A stretch of 63,563 nucleotides of DNA, the filler included, from Deltaproteobacteria bacterium (lineage in GTDB: Bacteria; Myxococcota; JACRCW01): the NCBI GenBank assembly GCA_016218805.1. It is 4 parts of 4 records of this genome, joined end to end, with 100 filler letters (N's around TTAATTAATTAA, not from the genome) between each part and the next. Parts side by side here need not be neighbours in the genome. Positions count along the whole stretch, not along the records: positions 1 to 25,465 come from JACRCW010000057.1; 3 more parts are not named here. One strand, given 5' to 3'. Under the pieces are notes generated by a model. That model did no database searches and had not been told where the DNA came from. It saw only the letters and a list, made by a program, of their open reading frames with translations. The translations under genes and the position numbers were made by a program. Of the stretch, positions 1 through 9,237 are shown piece by piece. The first letter of the stretch is position 1; the number at the start of each line of letters is the position of its first letter.

Positions 1-114
1 AACATTGTCAAGACCGATCCCAGCCGCACCCTGGGCGTCCCCAACACCCGCAAGCGTGCGGGCGGTGACCGCAAGTACTTGATTCACCTCATGACTGGAG
101 CCCTCATCATGTAA
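1..114 (+). CDS. 3' end of an unknown gene (partial, runs off window)
   Basis: Open frame 1 NIVKTDPSRTLGVPNTRKRAGGDRKYLIHLMTGALIM* with GC3-rich codons; stop at 112-114. Confidence 0.45.
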   Translation, partial: NIVKTDPSRTLGVPNTRKRAGGDRKYLIHLMTGALIM

Positions 115-287
115 GGCCTGTCAGAATGCGACCGCCCTGCCCTGGGGCGGAACACGTGACCGGGCATGGCGACCTCGTCCCGCACCGGCGTTTGGGTGAC
201 CGCGGAGACTGTCACACCGGCGTTGCGCCGATCGATGCACGGCGCTGTTGCGCCACCACGAACTCCACGGCCGCGCCCCGGTGTTCG

Positions 288-1028
288 TCAACCCAGCGGG
301 TGCGCAGGTGGCATCCCACCCGCGCGGAACAACGCGTCCAACTCCGCCAGTCCCGTCGGCGACCCAATCTCATAGAAACGCGTGCGCATCTCCAGCCCGG
401 CAACGCGCCCCTCCTCCGCCAACACGCGCAACACGTCCGCCAGATCGTGCGCGCCGGTTGCAGGAACCCGTTCCTCCACCACCGTGCGGCGTAGCGCCCC
501 CAGCCCGTAGTCCACGTGACGCATGCGCCCCCGCAACGCCTCCGGCCGGCGCTTGTCATAAGCAACCAGGCGCCCGTCTTCGAACACGACGTTGCTCGCG
601 TCCCAGCGGCCCTCATTGGGGAAGACGGTCATCAGCGCGGGAAGCGGTTGCGCGGTGAACGCCGCGTGCACCGCGGAGAAATCCACCGGCAGCCAACTGT
701 CTCCGTACGTGACCAGGAATGACGGCGCGAGCACGCCCGCATCCAGCGCGCAACGCAGCGCGCCCGCCGTCCCGCGCAGCGGTGTCCCCTCGTCCACCCA
801 GTGCACTGCCAACCCGAACCGCGACCCGTTGCCCACCGCATCACGGATCATCCCGCCGAGAAAACCGACGCACAGCACCGCGTCCGTCACGCCCGTGCGC
901 GCCATCCAGCGCAACTGGTGGTGCACAAACGGTTCCCCGCCCACCTCCAGCAGGCTCTTGGGCACCTTCTCCGTCAGCGGGCGCAGACGCGTGGCAAGCC
1001 CGCCGGCGAGGACGACGCACTGGACCAT
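288..1028 (-). CDS. Sugar-phosphate nucleotidyltransferase (NTP_transferase; HddC-like heptose-1-phosphate guanosyltransferase)
   Basis: N-terminal VVLAGGLATRLRPLT..PK.L motif, GTAGAL, FLVTYGD, FYEIGSP. Confidence 0.9.
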   Translation of the reverse strand: MVQCVVLAGGLATRLRPLTEKVPKSLLEVGGEPFVHHQLRWMARTGVTDAVLCVGFLGGMIRDAVGNGSRFGLAVHWVDEGTPLRGTAGALRCALDAGVLAPSFLVTYGDSWLPVDFSAVHAAFTAQPLPALMTVFPNEGRWDASNVVFEDGRLVAYDKRRPEALRGRMRHVDYGLGALRRTVVEERVPATGAHDLADVLRVLAEEGRVAGLEMRTRFYEIGSPTGLAELDALFRAGGMPPAHPLG

Positions 1029-1223
1029 GCCCGAGCGCCCTACCCGCCGAACCCGGTGGCCGCAAGGTGGCTGTCTTCGTCGCGTAGGGGGCGCTTTGGC
1101 GTCTCCACGGGAGGCGGCCCATGGAATCGCGGACTATCGCGAAGGACCCGCCGTGGCCATCAGGTCTACGCCCCGATTTCACGTGAATTGACCGTCGTCC
1201 GACCACGCCGACGTCCCGTGCGA
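930..1223. repeat. ~300-bp direct repeat, copy A (second copy 6016-6321)
   Basis: Near-identical to 6016-6321; contains the nucleotidyltransferase 5' end, its upstream region and the 3' tail of the 6232-7647 gene. Confidence 0.95.
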
Positions 1224-1534
1224 CACCCGTGGAGCTGATGATGCGGCTGGCGAGCCTGATCCCGGCGCCGGGCCGCCCGACGAGAAAGTACATTGGGATC
1301 CTGGCTCCGGCGCCCGTGACCGCAAGAACGTGGTGCCCTCCCCGACGCAGCGGAAGAACAAGCACTGCGACGACGAGGAACCGAAGGCGCCCGTGCACAG
1401 CGCCGTGACATGGGCCGAACTCCTCTAGCGCGTGTGCCATCGAGGACCCGGAGGAGATCGCGCGCTATCTGGAACGTACCGCGCAGACCACCGAGCACCC
1501 GCGCGCCATGGGGCCGCCGGACCTCGCCGCGTGA
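1224..1534 (+). pseudogene. C-terminal remnant of an IS91/ISCR-family (Y2 rolling-circle) transposase
   Basis: Across frameshifts it reads PVELMMRLASLIPAPGRPTRKYIGILAP / ..VTWAELL*RV / IEDPEEIARYL..HPRAMGPP*, matching the IS91-type C-terminal motifs PLEFLARLAALVP..RYHGVLAP, WARLLKRVF and IEDP..I..IL..ARAPP; has an internal stop and a deletion. Confidence 0.75.
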
Positions 1535-1734
1535 GCTCGACAAGGACCATTGACCACGTGGACCACCGGCCCGCGCAGGGTGTCGCTTGCCGAAGAGAGT
1601 GCCGCGGTGCCGGACTTTCGCCCCGGGATGGCCGATGCATGCATACCAACGCGTTTCCAGAAGGCCGGACAGGCGGCTCTTCGGGGCCGAAGGGTACGTG
1701 GTCAGCGGGTCACCCGGATGGGCTGCCTACCCGT
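1439..1734 (+). mobile_element. IS91-like 3' end / putative oriIS region, copy 1
   Basis: Repeated at 3557-3783 and 5285-5437; lies downstream of the transposase stop and ends at GGCTGCCTACCCGT. Confidence 0.65.
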
Positions 1735-1737
1735 GTC

Positions 1738-2153
1738 CAAGGCGGACATCAGCGGGCTCTTCGCCATGCAATATCTCGTCGACAAGGGGACGCTGCCCAA
1801 GAGCATCGAGACCACCATGTACACCACGTTTGTTTGCCAGCGCGTTCCGCACCATCCGCTTTGGCGTTGATGAGGCGCACGGCAAGGGCCAGGCGATGCA
1901 GCTCAACTACCTGCTGGACCAGGGCGCGTTCCGCGTAGCCAAGGACGGGACGTTCAGCGTGGATGGCAAGAAGATGAAGGCCGCCGCCAAGCAGCTCACC
2001 AAGGAGATCATGACGCTGCAGGCGGTGGGGAATTACGCCAAGGCCAAGGAGATGCTGGGCAAGCTGGGCATCATCCGCCCGGACACCGAAGATCCTGGAC
2101 CAGCGGAAGGATGTTCCTGCCGACGTGGCGCGGCGGTTTGTGACGGCGAATGA
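1738..2153 (+). pseudogene. C-terminal fragment of a peptidase M49 (dipeptidyl peptidase III-like)
   Basis: KADISGLFAMQYLVDKG..MYTTF / ASAFRTIRFGVDEAHGKGQAMQLNYLLDQG; 5' truncated at the repeat end; frameshift near 1833. Confidence 0.7.
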
Positions 2154-2216
2154 GCTGAGCAAGCAGTTTGCGCCTTGAGAAAGCGGGTGGGGCGCTGGGA
2201 TGTATCGACGTTGGCG

Positions 2217-3113
2217 ATGGAATCCACTACCGGTTCCACCAGGCGCCGAGTCCCGTTTTGTCTCCTTGCTCTTCTTCCGTTGGCCGTTGCTTGCAGCCAA
2301 CAAAGCGGCGGGCCAACCGTTTCAGAATCCGGTCCCGCCGGCCCCACCGGGGCCCAGGGACCCGTTGGCCCGACGGGAGCGCCGGGTCCACGCGGTCCGA
2401 CGGGAGAAGCTGGACCCATGGGGGCAACGGGTTCCGCGGGGCCTGTGGGTCCGCAGGGTCCGACGGGCATCGCTGGTGCACAGGGCTCGGTGGGACCCGC
2501 GGGGCCACAGGGCCCAGCCGGGGGCGAAGGACCCAGCGGTCCGCAAGGACCCATCGGCGCTCAAGGGCCTGCGGGTGTCACCGGTTCGCAAGGACCCACG
2601 GGCGCTGCGGGACCCGTTGGCATGCAAGGACCTCCCGGCCAACCAGGACCGCAGGGACCACCGGGCTCCGGGACGGGCCGGGTTGGCCTGTATGACGCCA
2701 ACAATGTGTACGTGGGGCCCTACGTTGTACTGCCCCTGCCACAACCTGGGGGACTCGCATATTTTGACCAGGGCCACATGTGGCGGATCGACCTCGATAC
2801 CGCGGCCCTTGGCAACCTCACCGGCAGAACCGTGTTCATGACCAATGACTGCACCGGAGAAGCCTATGTGCAGGTGGGGCCCGTGGTTGCGGGTGAAGCG
2901 TTCGCCATGGACATCCCCGTCGACGAATACCGGATTCGCGGAAGAGGCGCCCTCCCGCTCCCCACCACAAGCTACAACAGCTACACGTGGTCTTTGGGCT
3001 GCAACCAGGGCGGAGGGTCCGGCAGTCCGCTCTATCGCAAATCAGAGACCCAGCTTGTGAGCAGGCCAACCCTCACATTCCAAGCCCCGCTCCATATCGA
3101 GCAGATTCCTTAG
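2217..3113 (+). CDS. Collagen-like triple-helix repeat lipoprotein
   Basis: Signal/lipobox-like LLPLAVAC, 37 uninterrupted Gly-X-Y triplets, then a globular C-terminal domain; the ORF may start at 2175. Confidence 0.85.
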   Translation: MESTTGSTRRRVPFCLLALLPLAVACSQQSGGPTVSESGPAGPTGAQGPVGPTGAPGPRGPTGEAGPMGATGSAGPVGPQGPTGIAGAQGSVGPAGPQGPAGGEGPSGPQGPIGAQGPAGVTGSQGPTGAAGPVGMQGPPGQPGPQGPPGSGTGRVGLYDANNVYVGPYVVLPLPQPGGLAYFDQGHMWRIDLDTAALGNLTGRTVFMTNDCTGEAYVQVGPVVAGEAFAMDIPVDEYRIRGRGALPLPTTSYNSYTWSLGCNQGGGSGSPLYRKSETQLVSRPTLTFQAPLHIEQIP

Positions 3114-3144
3114 GGCGCGAGGGGCACTGGGCCACACCACCTTT

Positions 3145-3550
3145 TCAGGACCTTTTGCGGGTGCGCGGCGGCGTGAACACCGCCGCATCCGCGTTGCCGT
3201 CCCGGGAACGGTAGAACGCTCCGACGAGACCATGGTCCAGTCGCGCGCACATGGTCTAAACGGGCACAGCCGCGCCCCACCGCTGGCGGATGGCCGCAGC
3301 TGTGAACTGACGACGAAAGTGTTGCACGCCAGCACCGTCCCGCTGGAACCAAACAGCGCCACGCCATCCGCCCCCAACATGCCCTGGATGAGACGCGCGG
3401 TGGCCCGCAGATGCGCGCGGCTGGTTTCCCCCGGTTCCAACATTTACGCCGCACCTGCGCCGCCACATCCACCGGTTCATTGAACCGCACCCCGTCCGCA
3501 AACATCGACGGAATCTCACCGTTCAGAGGCACCACCGCGCGGCCAGTGTT
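3145..3550 (-). pseudogene. Frameshifted fragment resembling a DisA_N/diadenylate-cyclase-like domain
   Basis: Pieces in different frames: FADGVRFNEPVDV / LIQGMLGADGVALFGSSGTVLACNTFV..GGAR / AFYRSRDG; no intact ORF. Confidence 0.35.
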
Positions 3551-3556
3551 CGCGAT

Positions 3557-3783
3557 CGCCATCATCGATGACCCCGAGGAGATCGCGCGCTATCTGGGAC
3601 ACACAGATCACCGTGCACCCGCGCGCCATGGGGCCGCCGGACCTCGCCGCGTGAGCTCGACAAGGACCATTGACCACGTGGACCACCGGCCCGCGCAGGG
3701 TGTCGCTTGCCGAAGTGAGTGCCGCGATGCGGGATTTCCGCCCCGGGATGGCTGATGCACGCATACCAATGCGTTTCCAGAAA
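3557..3783 (+). mobile_element. IS91-like 3' end, copy 2 (lacks the terminal ~70 bp)
   Basis: AIIDDPEEIARYLGHT../HPRAMGPPDLAA* followed by the same non-coding tract as copy 1. Confidence 0.65.
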
Positions 3784-3893
3784 CGGCGTCATGCGTGCCG
3801 CCTCCGTGGGAGTCGCAGTGAACCCGTGGGACCTCGGCCCGCGGGTGAACGCAATCGGCCGCGGGGGACGACCTCGACGTCGCGTTGGTGTGC

Positions 3894-4748
3894 TCAGCGT
3901 TTGAGGCCGGCGGCCACGGCGTCCTTCAGCGTGGTGGTGGACCGTCCCGTGAGCGCATGCAGGCTGCCGGAGGTGTCATCCAGGGCGCCCTGGGCGGCGT
4001 GGACATCGGCGTCCACCAGGATTTCCGCAAACGGGCCAGGCAAACCCGCCCCGGCAAGAACCTTCAGGTACTCGGCGGGTGGCAGGTTGTTGTACACCAC
4101 GGGCTTGCCGGCCTGCCTGGCCACCTCGGCGGCCAGCTGCGCCATGGTGAACGGGTGGTCTCCCGCCAGCTCATAGGTCTTCCCGGCGTGACCATCGCCG
4201 ACGAGAACCGCCGCGTCTGCCGCGGCAAAGTCGGCCCGGGACGCCGAGGCAAACCGTCCTTCCCCGGCACTTCCCATCATGGCGCCGTATTGCAGCGCGG
4301 GCGCCAGGTTCTCGGTGTGGTTCTCCAGATACCAGCCGTGGCGCAACATGACCCAGGGCACACCGGACGCCTTGATCATCTCCTCGGTGGCCTTGTGTTC
4401 ACCCGCCAGCGCCATGCGGTTGGAGTCCGCCCGCAGGATGCTGGTGTACGCCAGCAGCTTCACCCCGGCCTTCTTGGCCGCGGCAATGACGCTCTGGTGG
4501 TGGCTGGCGCGTTGTCCCACCTCACTTGACGAGATGAGCAGCACCTTCTGGGCGCCGGCCAACGCCGCGTCCAACGTTGCGGGCCGGGTGTAGTCCGCCT
4601 CCTTGACCACCACCCCGCGGGCCGCAAGGTCCGCCGCCTTGGACGGAGTTCTCACCGCCGCGGTGATTTCTCCGGGTGCAACGGTCTTGAGCAGCTGTTC
4701 CACAACCAGACGTCCCAGCTTGCCGGTGGCTCCAGTGACAACAATCAT
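3894..4748 (-). CDS. qorB: NAD(P)H:quinone oxidoreductase, NmrA-like SDR (QorB/YtfG family)
   Basis: MIVVTGATGKLG, LLISSSEVGQR, LAYTSIL, LRHGWYLEN, YELAGD. Confidence 0.9.
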   Translation of the reverse strand: MIVVTGATGKLGRLVVEQLLKTVAPGEITAAVRTPSKAADLAARGVVVKEADYTRPATLDAALAGAQKVLLISSSEVGQRASHHQSVIAAAKKAGVKLLAYTSILRADSNRMALAGEHKATEEMIKASGVPWVMLRHGWYLENHTENLAPALQYGAMMGSAGEGRFASASRADFAAADAAVLVGDGHAGKTYELAGDHPFTMAQLAAEVARQAGKPVVYNNLPPAEYLKVLAGAGLPGPFAEILVDADVHAAQGALDDTSGSLHALTGRSTTTLKDAVAAGLKR

Positions 4749-4759
4749 GTGCGTCTCCT

Positions 4760-4849
4760 TGAAGGGTGATGGGGTCCGGGAGGACCAGGGCTTACAATAG
4801 GGCAGTTACTTTCCATTGGTAAGTACGCACTTTCTGGTAAGCTACGAAC
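4760..4849. promoter_or_regulatory. Divergent promoter region with probable HxlR operator
   Basis: AT-rich intergenic tract with HxlR-like dyads (GTTACTTTCCATTGGTAAG, GCACTTTCTGGTAAG) between the divergent pair. Confidence 0.45.
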
Positions 4850-5272
4850 ATGGCCCACACCGCCCGGAAGACCCCCGCCCCAGCCCGCCGTCTGGCCCTC
4901 ACCGGCGATCTCAACGCACCCGCCTGCCCGTCACGCGGCGTGCTGGACCACGTCACCAGCCGGTGGGGCGTGTTGATCCTGGTGGCGCTGACCGAGGGGA
5001 CCCACCGGTTCAGCCAGTTGCGCCGCAAGGTGGGCGGCGTTTCTGAAAAGATGCTGGCCCAGACGCTCCAGCTGTTGGAGGCAGATGGTTTTGTGACGCG
5101 CACGGTGCATCCGGTGATTCCCCCGCACGTGGACTACGCGCTCACGCCCTTGGGAGAGGAGGTTGCCCAGCGCGTGGGGGACCTGGCGGGATGGATTGAG
5201 GACAACCTGGGCCGCGTGATGGCCGCGCGCGAAAGGGTGGCACTGCGTGCACCCCGGCGCGCCCCGTCATGA
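4850..5272 (+). CDS. HxlR-family winged-HTH regulator (QorR/YtfH-like), divergent from qorB
   Basis: CPSRGVLDHVTSRWGVLIL..RFSQLRRKVGGVSEKMLAQTLQ.LE.DG..PPHVDYALTPLG. Confidence 0.92.
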   Translation: MAHTARKTPAPARRLALTGDLNAPACPSRGVLDHVTSRWGVLILVALTEGTHRFSQLRRKVGGVSEKMLAQTLQLLEADGFVTRTVHPVIPPHVDYALTPLGEEVAQRVGDLAGWIEDNLGRVMAARERVALRAPRRAPS

Positions 5273-5284
5273 TCAGACGTTGGC

Positions 5285-5437
5285 TCGCTTGCCGAAGAGA
5301 GTGCCGCGGTGCGGGATTTCCGCCCCGGGATGGCCGATGCATGCATACCAACGCGTTTCCGGAAGGCCGGACGGGCGGCTCTTCGGGGCCGAACGAGTGC
5401 GTGGTCAGCGGGTCACCCGGATGGGCTGCCTACCCGT
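5285..5437 (+). mobile_element. IS91-like 3' non-coding end, copy 3
   Basis: TCGCTTGCCGAAGAGAGTGCC...GGCTGCCTACCCGT matches ~1584-1734; similarity stops at the same point as copy 1. Confidence 0.65.
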
Positions 5438-5439
5438 TT

Positions 5440-6015
5440 TTTCCCCCGCGTTGGATGACAGCACCAACCCGGCCCGTTCAGGGATCGGTGGTCTCCGTTC
5501 CGCCAACAAAGTCCGCCAGCGGCACCTCGGACGACGAGACCAGCCCAGGTGTACGTCATGTTGGTCGACTCCTGGGCACAGGATGAATCGGTGGGCCCCT
5601 GGAGGGAGTACGCGGGCTGGTCGACCGATTGCCATGCCGCGTTGAACACGTGCTCGACGCGGGGGTGCCCCAGGGCGTCGGGGCGGGTGAGGAAGATGTA
5701 CGCCGCGTGGATGCGCTGTGACCCGAGGTAGTCGTAAAGCGTGTAAGGCGTGAAATCGTCCATGGCCGGCTGGCTGCAACTCGGGTCGGTGAAGGTCGCG
5801 TCGATCACGGACACGGGCATCGCGACGGCGGACTCGCCAAGCCGCAGTTCGGTCTGCCCAAGGGTTCCGCCCGGCGAGGGGTACACGGTCGGCAGGCAAC
5901 GCCAACCCTGCGTCGTGTTGACGAACGCGCAGTCCTCGTTGCGCTGTGTGTCCCGGTGGCCGAGGTAGCGCCGCGAGCCGTCCGTTCCCTGCACGTAGCG
6001 CGCGTGCGGCGCTGC
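5440..6015 (-). pseudogene. Fragment of a Cys-containing secreted myxobacterial-type protein
   Basis: ARYVQGTDGSRRYLGHRDTQRNEDCAF..WRCLP..FTDPSCSQP; has no start of its own and is fused in frame to the duplicated nucleotidyltransferase 5' piece. Confidence 0.45.
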
Positions 6016-6321
6016 CGGTTCCCCGCCCACCTCCAGCAGGCTCTTGGGCACCTTCGCCGTCAGCGGGCGCAGACGCGTGGCAAGCCCGCCCGGCGAGGAA
6101 CGACGCACTGGACCATGCCCGAGCGCCCTACCCGCCGAACCCGTTGGTCGCATGGTGGCTGTCTTCGTCGCGTAGGGGGCGCTTTGGCGTCTCCACGGGA
6201 GGGCGCGCAAGGCGGCCCATGGAATCGCGTACTATCGCGAAGGACCCGCCGTGGCCATCAGGTCTACGCCGCGATTTCCCGTGAATTGACCGTCGTCCGA
6301 CCACGCCGACGTCCCGTGCGA
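6016..6321. repeat. ~300-bp direct repeat, copy B, including a frameshifted 5' fragment of the nucleotidyltransferase
   Basis: Near-identical to 930-1223 with small indels. Confidence 0.95.
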
Positions 6322-7647
6322 GACCAGAGTGAGCGGTCCGGACTTGCCGGGCACCGTGAACCACAGCGCGGTATCGCGGTAGGAGAAGCGCCGGCCACCG
6401 GGCAACGGGGTGCGGCGCACTTCCGCTGACCACACCGTGCCGAAGGACGTCTTTCGTTCGTTGATTGAGACGTTTCCGTAACCATCTGATGCCGGCGGCG
6501 CGAGTCCGCTCTCCGAGAGGTGGACGCGCGCAAGGTCAACGGGTTCACCCGGCGCAGGCGCCGCTCCGGCGGCGATGGCGACCACGGTCTCAGACTCGCC
6601 GTGGAGGAGCACGGCGACGCCTGTCCACAGCACCAGGTCCGGGCGCGGCCGCTGGATCCGCAGCCAGCCCGTCGGCGGAACGTGCAGCGTGATGCCCAGG
6701 ACGTCGAGATCGCCGGAGAACGGGGCAAGCGAGCCGTCCGCGGGCAACACCGCGTCCAGGAGGCGGTCAAGCTCCAGGACTGCCTCCGGCCACCGGTGCG
6801 GGCGCCCCTGCACGACGACATTGACCTCCTGCTCTCCGAAACGACGACCCCGCGCACCAACGCGCTCGTTGCGGCGGGAACAGATGGACTTGTTGCCGGA
6901 GTACCCGCAGCGCGTTCCCGCACGCAGGCCGGCCACCCCCGCCACCGCCCACGCGGGTGGAGGCTGCACGCCACTCGGAACCTCGCCCGTGATGGCCGCG
7001 TTGAGATCCAGGTCCGGGTGGGCGAGCAGGATCACGTCGTCACGGGGCTGCGCAGTTGCCGCCGGGTGGACGAACCGCCAACCCGCGGGGAGGTGCACCC
7101 GCACCGCAAGCAGCGGGTGGATCCTCGGCCCCGTGTCGTCATCCAGGCGCGCACGCACCAGCGGATGGAGCGCCAGGGCCGGGTACTGCTCCACCAGGAC
7201 CGGCGCGGCAACCGGGAGGAGGGCGCTGGAAAGCATGACGGCGAGGTACGCCGAGGGGCGCACCCGGGACGCATCCCGCAGCAACCACGCCGTGCACGCC
7301 GACAGCACCAGCGCGGCGACGAACAGCGACGCACCTCCATCGGGCAGCCACAGCAACAGCGCCTGCCGCGCCACCAGCCAGCACGCCGCGGCCACGCGCC
7401 GCGCCTGCGCGGAGCCAGGGTGTGGCAGGAGCAGTCCCGCCGCGACAGCGAGGTCGACCGGAAGGTGGAGGAGCGCCGGCCTCAGTGGGCACTCGTCAAC
7501 CACCAGAGCGCCCGCGTGCGCCACGGGTACCAGCATCACGCCAACGGCCGCGAGTCGGAGACGCACGGCAGCCAGCATGGGATCGCCCGTGGCGTGGACG
7601 TGGTGCGGGGACGCGGGCTGGGCGGGCTGGGTCGTCGGGACCGGCAT
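6232..7647 (-). CDS. Hypothetical membrane protein
   Basis: 471-aa ORF with about four N-terminal hydrophobic segments and a soluble C-terminus. Confidence 0.55.
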   Translation of the reverse strand: MPVPTTQPAQPASPHHVHATGDPMLAAVRLRLAAVGVMLVPVAHAGALVVDECPLRPALLHLPVDLAVAAGLLLPHPGSAQARRVAAACWLVARQALLLWLPDGGASLFVAALVLSACTAWLLRDASRVRPSAYLAVMLSSALLPVAAPVLVEQYPALALHPLVRARLDDDTGPRIHPLLAVRVHLPAGWRFVHPAATAQPRDDVILLAHPDLDLNAAITGEVPSGVQPPPAWAVAGVAGLRAGTRCGYSGNKSICSRRNERVGARGRRFGEQEVNVVVQGRPHRWPEAVLELDRLLDAVLPADGSLAPFSGDLDVLGITLHVPPTGWLRIQRPRPDLVLWTGVAVLLHGESETVVAIAAGAAPAPGEPVDLARVHLSESGLAPPASDGYGNVSINERKTSFGTVWSAEVRRTPLPGGRRFSYRDTALWFTVPGKSGPLTLVSHGTSAWSDDGQFTGNRGVDLMATAGPSR

Positions 7648-7806
7648 CTGGGGCTCAACTTACGCCAGCGCGGCCGCGGCGTCCCGATGTCACCGCTGCT
7701 CGCGCGTGGAGGTCCCCGTGCTTACAGCAACAACGCGTGAGGGCCGTTGCCCCTTCCCCGCCGCACCCTTTGGCCGCATGGAGGCTCTCATTCTAGAGGA
7801 GCCGCC

Positions 7807-8214
7807 ATGAAGACCACCGTCACCTGGAACCAGAAGATGCAGTTCACCGCCACCGACGAGGCGGGCAACACCACGCCCATGGATGCGCAGCCCGAACACG
7901 GCGGCGAGGGCCACGGGCCAACGCCCAAGCAACTGGTGCTTGAGGGCCTGGCCGGCTGCACCGCCATGGACGTCATTGCCATCCTCAACAAGATGCGGTC
8001 ACCGCCGGTGGCGCTGCGCGTGGAGGCCAGCACCGAGATGACGGAGACCCACCCGAAGGTCTTCACCGCGATCCACCTGCGGTACGTCGTCAAGGGCGAC
8101 GTCCCGGTGGACAAGCTGGAGAAGGCCATCAAGATGAGCCAGGACACCTACTGCGGCGTGTCCGCCATGCTGCGGAAGGCCGCGCCCATCACGTGGGAGT
8201 ACGCGTTCGAGTGA
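7807..8214 (+). CDS. OsmC family protein
   Basis: GPTPKQLVLEGLAGCTAMDV..YCGVSAML; GAGGAG RBS upstream. Confidence 0.93.
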   Translation: MKTTVTWNQKMQFTATDEAGNTTPMDAQPEHGGEGHGPTPKQLVLEGLAGCTAMDVIAILNKMRSPPVALRVEASTEMTETHPKVFTAIHLRYVVKGDVPVDKLEKAIKMSQDTYCGVSAMLRKAAPITWEYAFE

Positions 8215-8259
8215 CGCGGCCGTTGCATCCGCACCGACGGCCGGGCTAGCCATGCTCCC

Positions 8260-9237
8260 ATGTCGTCGGGCGGCAGGTTCCTCATCGTCGGCGGCGCCGG
8301 CTTCATCGGCAGCCACTTCACTGATCACCTGCTGGGGCCGGGCGGCGCCGCCGGCGTGACGCTGTACGACAACTTCTCGTCCGGGAAGGAATGGCACTAC
8401 GCGCATCACGGCGCGGACGCGCGCCTGCGGGTGGTGCGTGCGGATGCCGCGGACCTGGACGCGCTGTGCGCCGCCATGACGGGCCATGACGTTGTCATCC
8501 ACCTGGCCTCCAACCCGGACATTGCCGCAGCCATGACGGACCCGGACATTGATTTCCGGCAGGGCACGGTCCTCACGCGCAACGTGGCGGAGGCCATGCG
8601 GCGCACCGGAACGCGGCGCATCCTGTACGCGTCCGGCAGTGGCATCTACGGGGACCTGGGCGAGCGCGAAGCGCACGAAGACCACGGCCCGCTCATCCCG
8701 GTGAGCCCGTACGGCGCCAGCAAGCTCGCCGGCGAAGCCCTGCTGTCGGCGTACGCGGCGATGTTTGACCTGCGCGCGGTGGTGTTCCGCTTCGGCAACG
8801 TCGTGGGCCCGCGGCAGACGCACGGCGTCGGGTTCGACTTCATCCGCCGGTTGCGGCAGGACCCCACGCGGCTGCGCATCCTGGGCGACGGGATGCAGTC
8901 CAAGAGCTACATCCACGTGTCTGACGTGGTGGCCGCGGTGCTGCTGGCCCACGCGCGGGTCACCGATCCGTTCCGCGCATTCAACGTGGCCACCGGGGAC
9001 TACATCACCGTGCGCGACATTGCGGAGGTGGCGGTGGAATGCGCGGGCCTCACGGCGGGCAGCGTGACCTATGAGCTTACCGGCGGGCGCGGCGGCTGGA
9101 AGGGGGACGTGCCGGTGATCCGCCTCAACACGGACCGCATCCGCGCTCTGGGTTGGACGTGCTCCCGCGGCTGCCGTGACGCGCTGCGTGACGCCATGAA
9201 CGCCATGCGCCGCGAATTGGACGAGGGACACGCATGA
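8260..9237 (+). CDS. NAD-dependent epimerase/dehydratase (UDP-glucose 4-epimerase-like)
   Basis: GGAGFIGSH, YGASK, FRFGNVVGP. Confidence 0.92.
   Translation: MSSGGRFLIVGGAGFIGSHFTDHLLGPGGAAGVTLYDNFSSGKEWHYAHHGADARLRVVRADAADLDALCAAMTGHDVVIHLASNPDIAAAMTDPDIDFRQGTVLTRNVAEAMRRTGTRRILYASGSGIYGDLGEREAHEDHGPLIPVSPYGASKLAGEALLSAYAAMFDLRAVVFRFGNVVGPRQTHGVGFDFIRRLRQDPTRLRILGDGMQSKSYIHVSDVVAAVLLAHARVTDPFRAFNVATGDYITVRDIAEVAVECAGLTAGSVTYELTGGRGGWKGDVPVIRLNTDRIRALGWTCSRGCRDALRDAMNAMRRELDEGHA

Noticed and set aside
1224..6015. Integron cassette array
   Set aside because: Repeats lack RYYYAAC/GTTRRRY attC ends, cargo is in both orientations and partly fragmentary, no IntI is present, and the repeats encode a transposase tail.
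5413..6210. 265-aa ORF as a genuine fusion gene
   Set aside because: It spans the repeat/island junction and stitches intergenic DNA, a nucleotidyltransferase fragment and a secreted-protein fragment.
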